Positions 1-10,233 of a stretch of DNA of 64,000 nucleotides are shown one piece after another. Below the pieces are notes generated by a model, which was not told where the DNA came from, made no database searches, and worked only from the letters and a program-made list of their open reading frames with translations. Positions within the stretch are counted from its first letter, which is position 1; every line of letters begins with the position of its first letter. Source of the DNA: Acidobacteriota bacterium (lineage in GTDB: Bacteria; Acidobacteriota; UBA6911); the NCBI GenBank assembly GCA_016929335.1, contig JAFGIY010000118.1:34494-98493 (forward strand), given 5' to 3'. The translations under genes were made by a program, and so were the position numbers.

Positions 1-1260
1 ATCCAGCTATCCCTGGATGCTTTGCACCGGCTCCTTGAAAAAGCTCTGGTTATGCAGCAATCCATGGATGAAATGCTCCGGCTATCAGACCAGCTTCATT
101 TTCTTTTCGGGCTGGCAAACAAATTGGCCGGCGTTCAGGATCCGGAAAAATATTGCCGTCTGGTCCTCCAGGAAATCGGACGGGCCATAAACGCGGATGC
201 CGCGTTTGTGTATACCCGAGGCAAGAAGAGCCAACAATGGAAGATCCCTTACCGTCTTCCCATCCAGGATATCGATGCATTGGACAAGGATCCCGTGCTT
301 CTCTCCGGCTCTGATGGCAAAACCGTTATCGTTACCCTGCAAAACGGGATGTCGGCCGTCGTCACGCCGATTCAGGAAAAGGAAGAGCAAATCGGGCGCA
401 TGGTTTTTTTAAGGAAGCCCGACAGGTCGGTTTTTTCGGCCTATGATAAAAAGTTTGTAAGCATTATTAATAGCATCATTTCTCCCACCATGGAAACCCT
501 TGTGTTGTACCACAGCCTGCATGTGTTGTATCTCAATACAGTCAAGGCTCTGGCGGCCGCGATCGATGCAAAGGACGCCTACACACATGGGCATTCTTTC
601 AGGGTAGCAAAATATTCGGTTGCTATTGGACGGAAGCTTAAAATTTCAGATGAGGAGCTTCCCGACCTTGAAATCGCCGCTTACATGCATGATCTGGGCA
701 AAATTGGAGTCTCGGAATCGGTTCTTGCGAAACCCGGCAAACTGTCGGCCGCTGAATTTGAGGAAATCAAAAAACACCCTTTGCTTACAAACAAGATACT
801 GGAGCCGATCCATTTACCTGATTTTATAGTCAATGCCACATTGCAGCACCACGAACGGCTGGATGGAAGAGGATACCCTTTTGGATTGAAAGGGGATGAA
901 ATTTCCCTTTTTGCGAAGATCATCGCGGTTGCGGATGTTTTTGACGCTTTGACATCGGCCCGCCCCTATCGCGATGCCATGACGGTGGAAAACGCGCTGA
1001 CAATCATCTGCCATGGCAAAGACACAGAGTTCGATCGCAAGGTTGTGCATGCTTTCTTCTCTGCGCTCCGCGATAACGTAACAGATCACGATCTTGCGGG
1101 CGTCTATGCCGATCTCAAGTTCATGCGTCTGGAACAGATGAACCAGTTTCTTGAAAAACTGACACAGCGGCTTATTGGAGATCAGGCCGAGCTCAATACC
1201 AAGAGCCTGACCTCATCGAGGCAGCATGAATGCCCGGAAAGCAGAAGCTCCTCCCTCTAA
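1..1260 (+). CDS. GAF-like + HD-GYP cyclic-dinucleotide phosphodiesterase (5' partial)
   Basis: Frame open from base 1; HGHSFRV, MHDLGK, HHERLDGRGYP and ADVFDAL motifs. Confidence 0.9.
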   Translation: MQLSLDALHRLLEKALVMQQSMDEMLRLSDQLHFLFGLANKLAGVQDPEKYCRLVLQEIGRAINADAAFVYTRGKKSQQWKIPYRLPIQDIDALDKDPVLLSGSDGKTVIVTLQNGMSAVVTPIQEKEEQIGRMVFLRKPDRSVFSAYDKKFVSIINSIISPTMETLVLYHSLHVLYLNTVKALAAAIDAKDAYTHGHSFRVAKYSVAIGRKLKISDEELPDLEIAAYMHDLGKIGVSESVLAKPGKLSAAEFEEIKKHPLLTNKILEPIHLPDFIVNATLQHHERLDGRGYPFGLKGDEISLFAKIIAVADVFDALTSARPYRDAMTVENALTIICHGKDTEFDRKVVHAFFSALRDNVTDHDLAGVYADLKFMRLEQMNQFLEKLTQRLIGDQAELNTKSLTSSRQHECPESRSSSL

Positions 1261-1279
1261 AAGCTCCGACAGCAGAAAA

Positions 1280-2107
1280 TCACTTAAAAATTTCGTTCAA
1301 GATAAAAGCCGTGCGGATGCCCGCCTTGGCGAGCTGTCTTTGAATGACCGGCAACGCGAACCGATAATATTCGTTCCCCAGTCTGGTACCGGTTTTGATC
1401 ATTTGGCGGGTTCCCGGCAGGCAATAGGCTTCCTTCGCAACCAGCAAAGTCTCCGTAGCCCAGTCCTCCGTCGTCCCTCTGGACCATTCCACAACACGCT
1501 TCGGATTTGCGATAAAGTCGAAATCCCAGAGCCACACGCGTTCATTCTTTGTATGGCGATCTATCACCCGGGAATCCCATACGCGGTGAAGATTGGATCC
1601 ATCGCCGAAAAAGCGGACCTGAAGCAGGTTGCCTCCCTGATCCTTATTATCTCCGACGTGCATCGGCTGGTGAAGATCGGCGATAAAGTGGATTAGAAAT
1701 TTCAGAGCCTGATGTTTTTCAAGGCGGCCCGCCCCGGGATTCAACAGCGTGCGCTTAAACTCCTCTATCTTGCTTACAACGCAGCCGCCGGCCTGGCAGT
1801 ATCGTCTGTCATAGCGCATCTCCTGGATCGGGACATTGACATAATGCCATCGGCTGCTTTCCGGTACCTCCTGCTGTTCATCAGCCCATGTGGACGCTTC
1901 CGCCATGCTGACTCCCGGTCCAAGCAGATTTTTAACTGCTTTTTTGGCCGCGGGCGTCAGCCTCTCCTCCGCCATTTTAGCCACAACGCGATGCCCTACC
2001 CATCCCCAACCCCATAGGCCTTCCGGGAGCAGGAGGATCATCCACATCCATGTCGCTGCCAGGACCAATCGTTTCCCCGTCCGGAATTTATTTGCGAACT
2101 CAAACAT
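1280..2107 (-). CDS. S1/P1 nuclease, secreted
   Basis: Signal peptide then WGWVGH; HFIADLHQPMH; NLHRVWD. Confidence 0.9.
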   Translation of the reverse strand: MFEFANKFRTGKRLVLAATWMWMILLLPEGLWGWGWVGHRVVAKMAEERLTPAAKKAVKNLLGPGVSMAEASTWADEQQEVPESSRWHYVNVPIQEMRYDRRYCQAGGCVVSKIEEFKRTLLNPGAGRLEKHQALKFLIHFIADLHQPMHVGDNKDQGGNLLQVRFFGDGSNLHRVWDSRVIDRHTKNERVWLWDFDFIANPKRVVEWSRGTTEDWATETLLVAKEAYCLPGTRQMIKTGTRLGNEYYRFALPVIQRQLAKAGIRTAFILNEIFK

Positions 2108-2169
2108 GTCTGTAATCCACTCTGAAATCCATGAACCAATTCAAATTTAATCAATGCCGCATTTCTTAC

Positions 2170-2460
2170 CTATTTTTCCAAGCCGTTTGGTTTCTCTTCA
2201 TCCGCCACATCACTGTCGCTCAGCAGAAGGTCCCCGTGATCACCTGCGGCCAAAAGCGCTTTCGCCTCTTCCAAATACTCCTCCGGCACGAAGATCGAGA
2301 CCTCGCCGAGTCCATCAAGGGTCAGACCGAAAATTTCACCAACCGCTTCTCCGTGAGAACGCGCCGGTATTCCTCGCCCACGGAGTGACATCACGATGGA
2401 TTTGGCGTTGATGCCGCCGGGGACGCGAACCAATACTGCTTCCCTTGATTGTGAAGACAT
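2170..2460 (-). CDS. DUF2007-like small putative signal-transducing protein
   Basis: SLRGRGIPA...GEVSIFVPEEYLEEAKALL pattern; GGAGG SD before ATG at 2460. Confidence 0.7.
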   Translation of the reverse strand: MSSQSREAVLVRVPGGINAKSIVMSLRGRGIPARSHGEAVGEIFGLTLDGLGEVSIFVPEEYLEEAKALLAAGDHGDLLLSDSDVADEEKPNGLEK

Positions 2461-2728
2461 CTTGTCCTCCCATGCTATAGGTATTTTTATTCCAAGCGCC
2501 CCGATGGAACAAGTGTGATTCAAGCATATCTTCATTTAACCGACATTATATAGGAAGATTCTGCTGTGGCGATCAATCCGCGCATGTCGGCACCGCAGAT
2601 GCCTTTCTATGAGGGATTCCCATTATCATTCTCTCAGCCTGCGGCCGCCTGTTGCCGAAGAGAAGAGAGGCCGGAGAAGCACGAACTGCGCCGGAGATTC
2701 GGCAATTTGTTCCTCGAGTAAAGAAGAA

Positions 2729-3451
2729 ATGGATCTGGTTCAGACGGTTATCAATTTCGGCAATAATGATACGTTGCCTTTCACATTCAGAAAGCAAAGT
2801 CTCGGAGACAGGGGAGTCATTCAGCAGATTTTCATCAACAAAGACTATGATCTATCATGGCTGGCAAGGTTCAAAGACATTGCCGGCGAGTACGAACGGA
2901 TTCTTGCTGCCGGGAAAAGACCGTTGATCCTGGATTGCGGCGCAAACATCGGAGCGTCTACCCTGTGGTTTGCGAAATCCTATCCCCAAGCACATATCGT
3001 TGCCCTGGAACCGGAAAAGCACAACTACGCAATCCTCCGGTTGAACTGCGATAAGAATCCGGGCATCACAACCATGAAGGCAGCAATTTCATGTGCCGAC
3101 GAAACTCTTTTCATCCAGGATCCCGGACAAGGAGACTGGGGATTCCGCACTGCAAGCCGGCCGTCCGGTAAGGAACCCCCCATTGCCGCCCATTCGATTG
3201 CGACAATTTTGGAGAGATATCGGAATGAGGATCTGTTTATCGCCAAGATCGATATAGAAGGCGGGGAATCTCATTTGTTTGAGACCGGTTATGCATGGAT
3301 TGAGCAGGCTATGCTGATCATCATTGAATTGCACGACTGGCTGTTGCCCGGTACCGCGAACTCCCAGAACTGCCTGAAGGCCCTTTCCCAATATCCGAGG
3401 GATCTTGTCTTCAGAGGCGAGAACCTGTTCTCCATCCGAAATCCCCGCTGA
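2729..3451 (+). CDS. FkbM-family methyltransferase
   Basis: ILDCGANIG, ALEPE, KIDIEGGE, IIELHD; start moved to ATG 2729. Confidence 0.9.
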   Translation: MDLVQTVINFGNNDTLPFTFRKQSLGDRGVIQQIFINKDYDLSWLARFKDIAGEYERILAAGKRPLILDCGANIGASTLWFAKSYPQAHIVALEPEKHNYAILRLNCDKNPGITTMKAAISCADETLFIQDPGQGDWGFRTASRPSGKEPPIAAHSIATILERYRNEDLFIAKIDIEGGESHLFETGYAWIEQAMLIIIELHDWLLPGTANSQNCLKALSQYPRDLVFRGENLFSIRNPR

Positions 3452-3544
3452 TTTGCATCATTTGTATCTCCCGCGCAGGTAAAACACGGACGCCCGGAAT
3501 TCCGCCCCATTTTAATCTTCATTCAGATTTGCCTTCCCCATCCT

Positions 3545-4546
3545 TCATTCCACAAGCATAAACCGGGCGCAGCCGCTGTCCATCTCGCGTCTGATTCGGC
3601 CCTTTTCTTCGAGCACTTCAAGGTTACCCAGGGTCTCAGAAATCATCAGAATGAGTTCAAATCCTCTCTCAGATGTGAAGAGCTCCTTCATGATTTCGTA
3701 AACGGTCAGCGGTCCATGTTTTAGAGAATCCAGAATTTTCGCCTGGCGGCGCTCATAGAAGGAAGACAACGAATCGATTACCTCGCGATGACGACTGAAT
3801 GGAGCGGCATGGCCCGGGAGCACCAAATCGACAGACAGCGAGCGCACTCGATCGATAGACGCAAAATAGGAGAGGAGCGGTTTGAACGAGGGCGGTTCGC
3901 CATTCGGACTGAGTTCGAGCAGCGGATTGGGGGATACATTCTGGAGAAAATGATCGGCAGAGAACAGGAGCCGGTTGTCCCGGTCGTAAAGGCAGCAGAC
4001 CCCGGGAGTATGTCCGGGCATATGTAGAATTTCCAGCGTAACATGCCGACACTGGAGTATTTGGCCGGGAAGAAGCGGCGTCACTTTTTCCAGACGTTTT
4101 CCCAATTCAGCGCTATTCCCGAGAACGGCAGCCGTTTCCTCAATCATCGCAGCAGGCACGCCAAGCATCGAGAAGTATCTACGGTTTTGCATGAGCAGTT
4201 TTGGCCATTCCAAGCCTGACTGGAGGACCTTGCCGGCATCCGCCGGATGGATTGAAATTGGAATTTGGCGGCCTGCCTGCTCCTGAATCCAGGCGGCCGC
4301 TCCAAAGTGGTCGATATGCCCGTGCGACAGGAGGATGCGGTTCACATCCTCAAAACGATGCCCGGTTCGCGCCAATCCCTCAGACAGGGCTGCGCGGGAA
4401 TCTTCCGTTCCAAGGCCGGCATCAAACATCAGGCAGCCGTTTTTCTCTTCAATGATATAGGCGTTGACCGGCCCGCCTGCCTCTCGGAATGGGATTGGGA
4501 CCGGTATGCGAAAGATTCCCAGTTCTCCCAGTTCGTCTTCTTTCAT
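3545..4546 (-). CDS. MBL-fold metallo-hydrolase with C-terminal winged helix
   Basis: SHGHIDHFG, PGHTPG, LPGH; AGGAG before ATG 4546. Confidence 0.88.
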   Translation of the reverse strand: MKEDELGELGIFRIPVPIPFREAGGPVNAYIIEEKNGCLMFDAGLGTEDSRAALSEGLARTGHRFEDVNRILLSHGHIDHFGAAAWIQEQAGRQIPISIHPADAGKVLQSGLEWPKLLMQNRRYFSMLGVPAAMIEETAAVLGNSAELGKRLEKVTPLLPGQILQCRHVTLEILHMPGHTPGVCCLYDRDNRLLFSADHFLQNVSPNPLLELSPNGEPPSFKPLLSYFASIDRVRSLSVDLVLPGHAAPFSRHREVIDSLSSFYERRQAKILDSLKHGPLTVYEIMKELFTSERGFELILMISETLGNLEVLEEKGRIRREMDSGCARFMLVE

Positions 4547-4685
4547 GCTTCTCCTCGCAGCATATTTCCGCTGCAACAAAAATCGCGTGCATCTCTGCTT
4601 TCCGCATTGCCCCCCTCATTATGAAGGCAGGCTTCATCGCCGAACCAGAGGCAAGGTTTACACTAATCGATATTTCGGAAGCGGC

Positions 4686-5561
4686 CTATTTGACAGCCGC
4701 TTTGATTTCTTTGAGATCTCCTCCGGCCAGAGACGCAATCTCCAGAGAAAAAACAAAATTATGGAATCCGCGCGATCCATCCTTTTCTAAAAGCGTGAGA
4801 TTTGCCTTCACGTCCTCAAGCTTCGCTTTCAGGGATGCATCCAGGACGCCGGGATTTTTCTTCAAAGCCTCCTCGATAGTCTTCACATCCGCCAGCAGTG
4901 GAGCCATGTTTTCATCATAGGTTGATTGCCATTCCTGTATCTGATGGACACGGGCTTCACGGTTGTTGTCCTTGTGGCAGGCTGTGCAGGTGTCGAGGCG
5001 CTTCTCGGTCAGGCTTGGATCATCGGGCCGAAGGACTTTCATCCTGTGATTCCCTTCAGTCATATGACAGCCGATGCATGGTACTCCGGAATGGAAGTTT
5101 CTGGAATCCTCGATGCCCTTGGCGCCATATCCCCAGAATATGGATCGCTGGGTATGGCAGGATTCGCATATCTTGTCCGGATCCACCACTACTCTGCGGG
5201 AATATTCGGTCTTCTGACGGGCATGGCATGCTAAACAGCTAACCTTATGGACACTATCCTTTCTGTCGCCGCCGACTGCTGCGGTCTGTTGCCCTGCCTC
5301 GGGTCTTTTGGCGGAGTGGCATCCGCTGCATTCGGTCGCTGCCGGATTATTCTGAGCGGTCCGGCGGATTGCCTTTCCATGATTGGATGCCTCCCACATG
5401 TTGTGCTTTTCCGAATGACAGGGCTGACAGGATTGAAAGCCGGCATGGTCGGGAATTTCCTTTTTTTCTTCTCCAATGACAAAAGTAATGTATCCGGAAA
5501 CGAATATGCCGAAGATACCGGCGAAAATTAAAGCAGCGTTCCATCGATTTTGTCTGTTCAT
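4686..5561 (-). CDS. Membrane-anchored hexaheme c-type cytochrome with C-terminal helical region
   Basis: Six CxxCH (CQPCH, CSGCH, CLACH, CESCH, CIGCH, CTACH); N-terminal TM; DGSRGFHN motif. Confidence 0.85.
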   Translation of the reverse strand: MNRQNRWNAALIFAGIFGIFVSGYITFVIGEEKKEIPDHAGFQSCQPCHSEKHNMWEASNHGKAIRRTAQNNPAATECSGCHSAKRPEAGQQTAAVGGDRKDSVHKVSCLACHARQKTEYSRRVVVDPDKICESCHTQRSIFWGYGAKGIEDSRNFHSGVPCIGCHMTEGNHRMKVLRPDDPSLTEKRLDTCTACHKDNNREARVHQIQEWQSTYDENMAPLLADVKTIEEALKKNPGVLDASLKAKLEDVKANLTLLEKDGSRGFHNFVFSLEIASLAGGDLKEIKAAVK

Positions 5562-5748
5562 TTATGAATATCTCCTGGCCTGGAAATCCATATCTGATAA
5601 GGATTGAATAATAACAGACAGCAACGACAAAAGCCTAAAACTTACACATTGTCGTTGCTGGAGCGGCAAATATGCGTTAAGGTTTCCTCATAAAACGGCT
5701 TGGAATCCAAGATTGAAATTTAGGATAGAAATTTTGCAAGGAGGATTT

Positions 5749-6909
5749 GTGAGCTCCAATCCATCACGAAGGCAGTTTCTGCAAGCGGGCATGGCATTGC
5801 CTGCGGCCGGGCTTGTTTCTCCGAACAGCCTGGAATCAGTATTACAGGAACCTCCAAAGGCTAAAGAACCGCCCAAAGTTGTTTATCGCACGCTGGGCAA
5901 AACGGATCTCAAACCCTCGGGCGTCGGCTATGGCATAGGATATGTGCCGTATACCGATGTGGTAGCGAGGTCTCTCGATATGGGCATCAATTATTTCGAT
6001 ACCGCCCGGGACTACAAGGACAGCGAGAGGATCTTCTCCGGCGTTATCAAGGGAAGACAGAGAGATAAAATCATCATCGCCACCAAATCTCCATCCTATA
6101 AAAAGGAGCAGATACTGAAAGATCTGGACACCAGTCTTAAGGAACTTGGGACAGACTACGTGGATGTCTGGCATTTGCATGCCAGAGACACGCCGGCATC
6201 GATCCCGGATGGAGCGCTTGAAGCTATGCGCATAGCCAAGCAATCCGGTAAAGCGCGATACCTCGGCTTCAGCTGCCACAAGCCATATGCAATGGTCGAC
6301 TTCATAATAAATACCAAAGTATTCGACGTAATGCAGATGACTTACAGCTATCCGATCGGCGGGCGTCTCAGAAACGATGCAGTCGACAAGCTTCGTGAGG
6401 CCGGCATTGGCGTCATCGCGATGAAAGTGGTTGTGGCGGTCAGCGGACTGAATTTGGCCGACTTTGCCGGCAAACCCAAAGCGACCGGCGAGGGACCGCT
6501 TGCCGGCATCAAGTGGGTTCTGACTAATCCGGGGATAGGAACGACGGTTCCTCACATGAGGACGATCGAGGAGCTCGAGATGAATTTCCGGGCGATGTCG
6601 GAGCCTTACACAGCGAAAGACGAGCAGCTGCTGTTCGTATTGAACGAGCAGATCCGGCCGGATTACTGCCGCATGTGTTACGAATGCGAGGGCAAATGTC
6701 CGAAAGGCGTTCCCGTCGCGGAGGTATTGCGCTTCCTGGCGTATCATGACTTCTGCGGCAACTATCACCAGGCGGCAATGAGTTTCAAAGGTCTGGCAAA
6801 AGAGATTCGTGATGTGCGCTGCAGCGATTGTTCCTCTTGCGTCATCCAATGCCCGAACGGAGTTCACGTTCAGGAGCGCCTGATTCGCGCGCAGGAACTG
6901 TTAGCCTAG
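5749..6909 (+). CDS. Aldo/keto reductase with twin-arginine leader and C-terminal Fe-S motifs
   Basis: SRRQFL; YRTLGKT, YFDTARDY, IATK; CRMCYECEGKCP and CSDCSSCVIQCP; GGAGG before GTG 5749. Confidence 0.88.
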   Translation: MSSNPSRRQFLQAGMALPAAGLVSPNSLESVLQEPPKAKEPPKVVYRTLGKTDLKPSGVGYGIGYVPYTDVVARSLDMGINYFDTARDYKDSERIFSGVIKGRQRDKIIIATKSPSYKKEQILKDLDTSLKELGTDYVDVWHLHARDTPASIPDGALEAMRIAKQSGKARYLGFSCHKPYAMVDFIINTKVFDVMQMTYSYPIGGRLRNDAVDKLREAGIGVIAMKVVVAVSGLNLADFAGKPKATGEGPLAGIKWVLTNPGIGTTVPHMRTIEELEMNFRAMSEPYTAKDEQLLFVLNEQIRPDYCRMCYECEGKCPKGVPVAEVLRFLAYHDFCGNYHQAAMSFKGLAKEIRDVRCSDCSSCVIQCPNGVHVQERLIRAQELLA

Positions 6910-6997
6910 ATTACAGTGTTCAGTCTGCGGTCGGCAGTCGTTAGTAAAATGCTCTTCTGCCGACTGCCGAATAAAGTCTGGCTTATGGAGGTATGAG

Positions 6998-7390
6998 ATG
7001 CGATACACCCTGCGGATTGCGGTTGTTGCTGTGCTCCTATTTGCCGGCAGCTCATTCGCTCAGCAAGCAAAGCAAGAAGTAAAAAAAGACGGTTGGTGGC
7101 TGAAGACCCTTACGGAGAAGCCGGCGTCCCAGATGATGGCGTTTTATGTTGGAGCGAGAGCCGGTTCCTATGGTTTCTGGAGGGTCTGGAATCCCGGCGA
7201 TCCTGTTGAGTTCGACGTCCCCGAAGAATACCGGAACAGTCCGACGCTTTATATCCTGGCGCAAACCACCAGCGGTGTGAAATGCGGATTCTGTATAATG
7301 TACAAATCCAAAGGCGTCAAACGCATCGAATTTGATCTCGAACAGGATCACGAAGCAACGCAGTCGGATGAAGATACGAGCTGCAAATAA
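6998..7390 (+). CDS. Hypothetical secreted protein
   Basis: GGAGG SD; Sec signal ending SFA. Confidence 0.7.
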   Translation: MRYTLRIAVVAVLLFAGSSFAQQAKQEVKKDGWWLKTLTEKPASQMMAFYVGARAGSYGFWRVWNPGDPVEFDVPEEYRNSPTLYILAQTTSGVKCGFCIMYKSKGVKRIEFDLEQDHEATQSDEDTSCK

Positions 7391-7509
7391 CAGCGGAATT
7401 TTCAACGTCTGCCGGCCTTCTTGAGGATAAAATCCAGCTGCGAATTTTCACGAAATATGCCAATGGATAATGCTTTGGCCGGAAGCAGGACCAATCCGCG
7501 GCGGGCAGA

Positions 7510-7890
7510 TCATTGCGATATCTGCATGGTTTCATCGATCCATAGTGTGGGAAGATCCGTTCTGGCAGGATCCGTCGGAGTTGCCGTGATTCGGAAATGC
7601 GCGGAGCCGTCGACTTCAATGGAATATTCGTAGCCCGACCGACTGCCTCCGGGGAGAGAACCCATAATAGCGGACTGCCGCAGCTGTTCGAGAGTTGCAT
7701 AGCTTCCGTTCGCCGCCCAGAAGAGTCTTTCCGCCTGGCCGAGCGAAAGCAGGTCGCTGCGCACGGCAGCATAATTGATCGGCTGCACCACCGGCTTATC
7801 GTCCGTCACATGACGGACCTGAGAAGAATAGATCAGGTAGCCTGTCAACAGCACAATCAGGAGTCCCGCCATCCCCAAAACAGATCTCAT
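7510..7890 (-). CDS. Pilin/pseudopilin-like small membrane protein
   Basis: N-terminal TM, then QAERLFWAANGSYATLEQL...SGYEYSI...FRITATP, like a pilin globular domain. Confidence 0.6.
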   Translation of the reverse strand: MRSVLGMAGLLIVLLTGYLIYSSQVRHVTDDKPVVQPINYAAVRSDLLSLGQAERLFWAANGSYATLEQLRQSAIMGSLPGGSRSGYEYSIEVDGSAHFRITATPTDPARTDLPTLWIDETMQISQ

Positions 7891-8145
7891 GTCTTTATCC
7901 TCTCGGAGTTCGCGGCATGAATTGCATCATGCTACAAGTAGATTATCGGCTCCGACCAAATTAGGAGTTTAATTAATTGTTGGACCGGCCCTGAAACACT
8001 AAAAGACATACTCAAAAGAAATGAGACTTTGGCCTTTATCTTTCATCTGATTTGGAGAATTCTTGTATCTCGTTTCTGAAGCGCATTTTTTCTGATTTGC
8101 ACATTAGACAAAGCGACCAGACCGTCGGGCATTAAGGAGTTCGGA

Positions 8146-10227
8146 ATGGCTCTTGTATCACAGATTGTTATATGGTTTGCCTGTATCCTGTTGTTTGCAG
8201 GCGCAGCTAGATCTTCTCAGCAAGAAACATCGTCAGAAGAGACGATTGTCCGCATCAGCGTGGACCTTGTGCAGGTGGATGCGGTTGTCACGAATTCTAA
8301 AGATGAACCGGTGACGGATCTGACGACAAACGACTTCGTTATTCTTCAGGATGGGAAACCGCAGGAAATTACGCATTTCTCTTTCATCCGGACAGCGGAT
8401 TCGCCATCACCTGCCGCAGCAACCCGCAAGGCCTCTTCCGCAAAAGGAAGAATGCAGCCTATGCCGCCTCCGCCGCCCATCTCCGTCAGGCGCGAATCTG
8501 TTCGCCGGACGATTGCCTTGCTTGCGGATGATCTCGGCCTTTCGTTTGAACATGCAGTGCGCGTCCGTCAAGCCATTCGGAAGTGGATTGATGAAGAGAT
8601 GGAGCCCAATGATCTGGTGGCCGTGATGCGGACCGGAGGAGGCGTTGGCGCACTGCACCAGTTTACAAACGACAAACGCATGCTTTATGCCGCCGCAGAT
8701 CTCCTCACCTATAATGCGGCATCGCGCGTAACGGCCTCAGGGGGACAATCTTCAGGAACCAGCCGGAAGGACGCGTACGGATTTGCGCTGCCGATGGTGG
8801 AAGAAGAAAGGGATCTTATCTATACCAAATTCACCCTCGGATCCATCCAGTACGTGGTCGAAGGATTAAGAGATTTGCCCGGCCGAAAAAGCATTGTTTT
8901 TTTCAGCGAAAGCTTCAAGCTCGGATTTGACGGATGTGAAGGTCAGTCGCAAGGGCGCGATATCGCCATGAAGGGCCCCTTGCAGAAACTGATTGATGCG
9001 GCAAACAGAGCGGCAGTGGTGATCCATTCCATCGATCCTCGCGGAGTGACAAATACAGATAACGTTTGCGCCCTGCTATCTTCACAGGATGGCATGGTGA
9101 CGCTCGCCAAACAGACCGGCGGTTTATTTATAGCCAACCGCAACGATATCGCCCGCGCCCTCGAGGTAGCCGACGACGACGGAAACGGCTATTACCTGAT
9201 CGGCTATCAGCCCGACGCAAGGATTGTCGCGGAGATGAGAAAAGGCAAACCGAAATTTCACAAGATCGAGGTGCGTGTGAAGCGCCCCGGATTGAAGGTG
9301 CGCTCGCGTTCCGAGTTTTTCAGTTCTCCCGATGCCAAACCGTCACCGGAACTGCTGACCCGCCAGGAGCGCGTCGGACAGGCGCTGCAATCTCCATTTG
9401 CCGGCGGCGATTTGCGTATGCGCCTGACGGCATTGTTCTGGCGGACGAAGGAAGAGAAATCCTTTATTAATGCGCTGCTGCACTTCGGCGCGGATCAGCT
9501 GGTTTTTTCCGACGAACCGGACGACTGGCATAAGGCAACAATCGAAATAACAGCGGCTTTGTTTGCCTCCGATGGGCAACAGGTCGATTTTGCGGATAGA
9601 AAATGGAACCTCAACGCCAAAGGCAAAACCTACGAATACATGAAAAAGAACGGTGTGTCTTTCCTGATGAACATTCCGGTGAAGGAGCCCGGCGCCTACC
9701 AGCTGCGGCTTGTGTTGCGCGACACCGCCAATGGTCGATTGGGCAGCGCAACGCAGGTCATTGAGGTACCCAATGTCCGCGACGGGAAGTTGGCGCTATC
9801 CGGAATTCTAATGGCTGCGGATAAATCAAAATCGGAAGCTGCTGCAGATCAGGCGGAAGGATTGATCGAGGAAGCGGATTCCAAAAGCACGCCGGCCGTA
9901 CGCATCTTTGAATCCGGCGAGACGATTGCATGGGCATACCAAATCCTCAACGCGAAAACCGGCAAGGAGGATAAACCACAGCTGCAGGCGCAGATCCGTC
10001 TGTTCCATGAAGGGCGGGAGGTCTACGAAGGACCGGCATCCACGTTGACTTCGCAATCGCAGGGCGGGTCCAAGAGGATGATCGCGGCAGACCAGATGTA
10101 TTTAAGGCAACTGCCGCCCGGCTATTATGTCCTGCAGGTCGCGGTTACGGATTTGGCGGCAGACGTTAAACAGCGGACGGCCGTGCAGACCATCGATTTC
10201 GATGCTCAAAAGCCGGGGAAAAAATAG
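8146..10227 (+). CDS. VWFA-related Acidobacterial domain protein
   Basis: Signal peptide; RISVDLVQVDAVVT, DF.ILQDGKPQEITHF, LPGRKSIVFFSE, LAKQTGG, YYLIGY. Confidence 0.88.
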   Translation: MALVSQIVIWFACILLFAGAARSSQQETSSEETIVRISVDLVQVDAVVTNSKDEPVTDLTTNDFVILQDGKPQEITHFSFIRTADSPSPAAATRKASSAKGRMQPMPPPPPISVRRESVRRTIALLADDLGLSFEHAVRVRQAIRKWIDEEMEPNDLVAVMRTGGGVGALHQFTNDKRMLYAAADLLTYNAASRVTASGGQSSGTSRKDAYGFALPMVEEERDLIYTKFTLGSIQYVVEGLRDLPGRKSIVFFSESFKLGFDGCEGQSQGRDIAMKGPLQKLIDAANRAAVVIHSIDPRGVTNTDNVCALLSSQDGMVTLAKQTGGLFIANRNDIARALEVADDDGNGYYLIGYQPDARIVAEMRKGKPKFHKIEVRVKRPGLKVRSRSEFFSSPDAKPSPELLTRQERVGQALQSPFAGGDLRMRLTALFWRTKEEKSFINALLHFGADQLVFSDEPDDWHKATIEITAALFASDGQQVDFADRKWNLNAKGKTYEYMKKNGVSFLMNIPVKEPGAYQLRLVLRDTANGRLGSATQVIEVPNVRDGKLALSGILMAADKSKSEAAADQAEGLIEEADSKSTPAVRIFESGETIAWAYQILNAKTGKEDKPQLQAQIRLFHEGREVYEGPASTLTSQSQGGSKRMIAADQMYLRQLPPGYYVLQVAVTDLAADVKQRTAVQTIDFDAQKPGKK

Positions 10228-10233
10228 GCCGCG

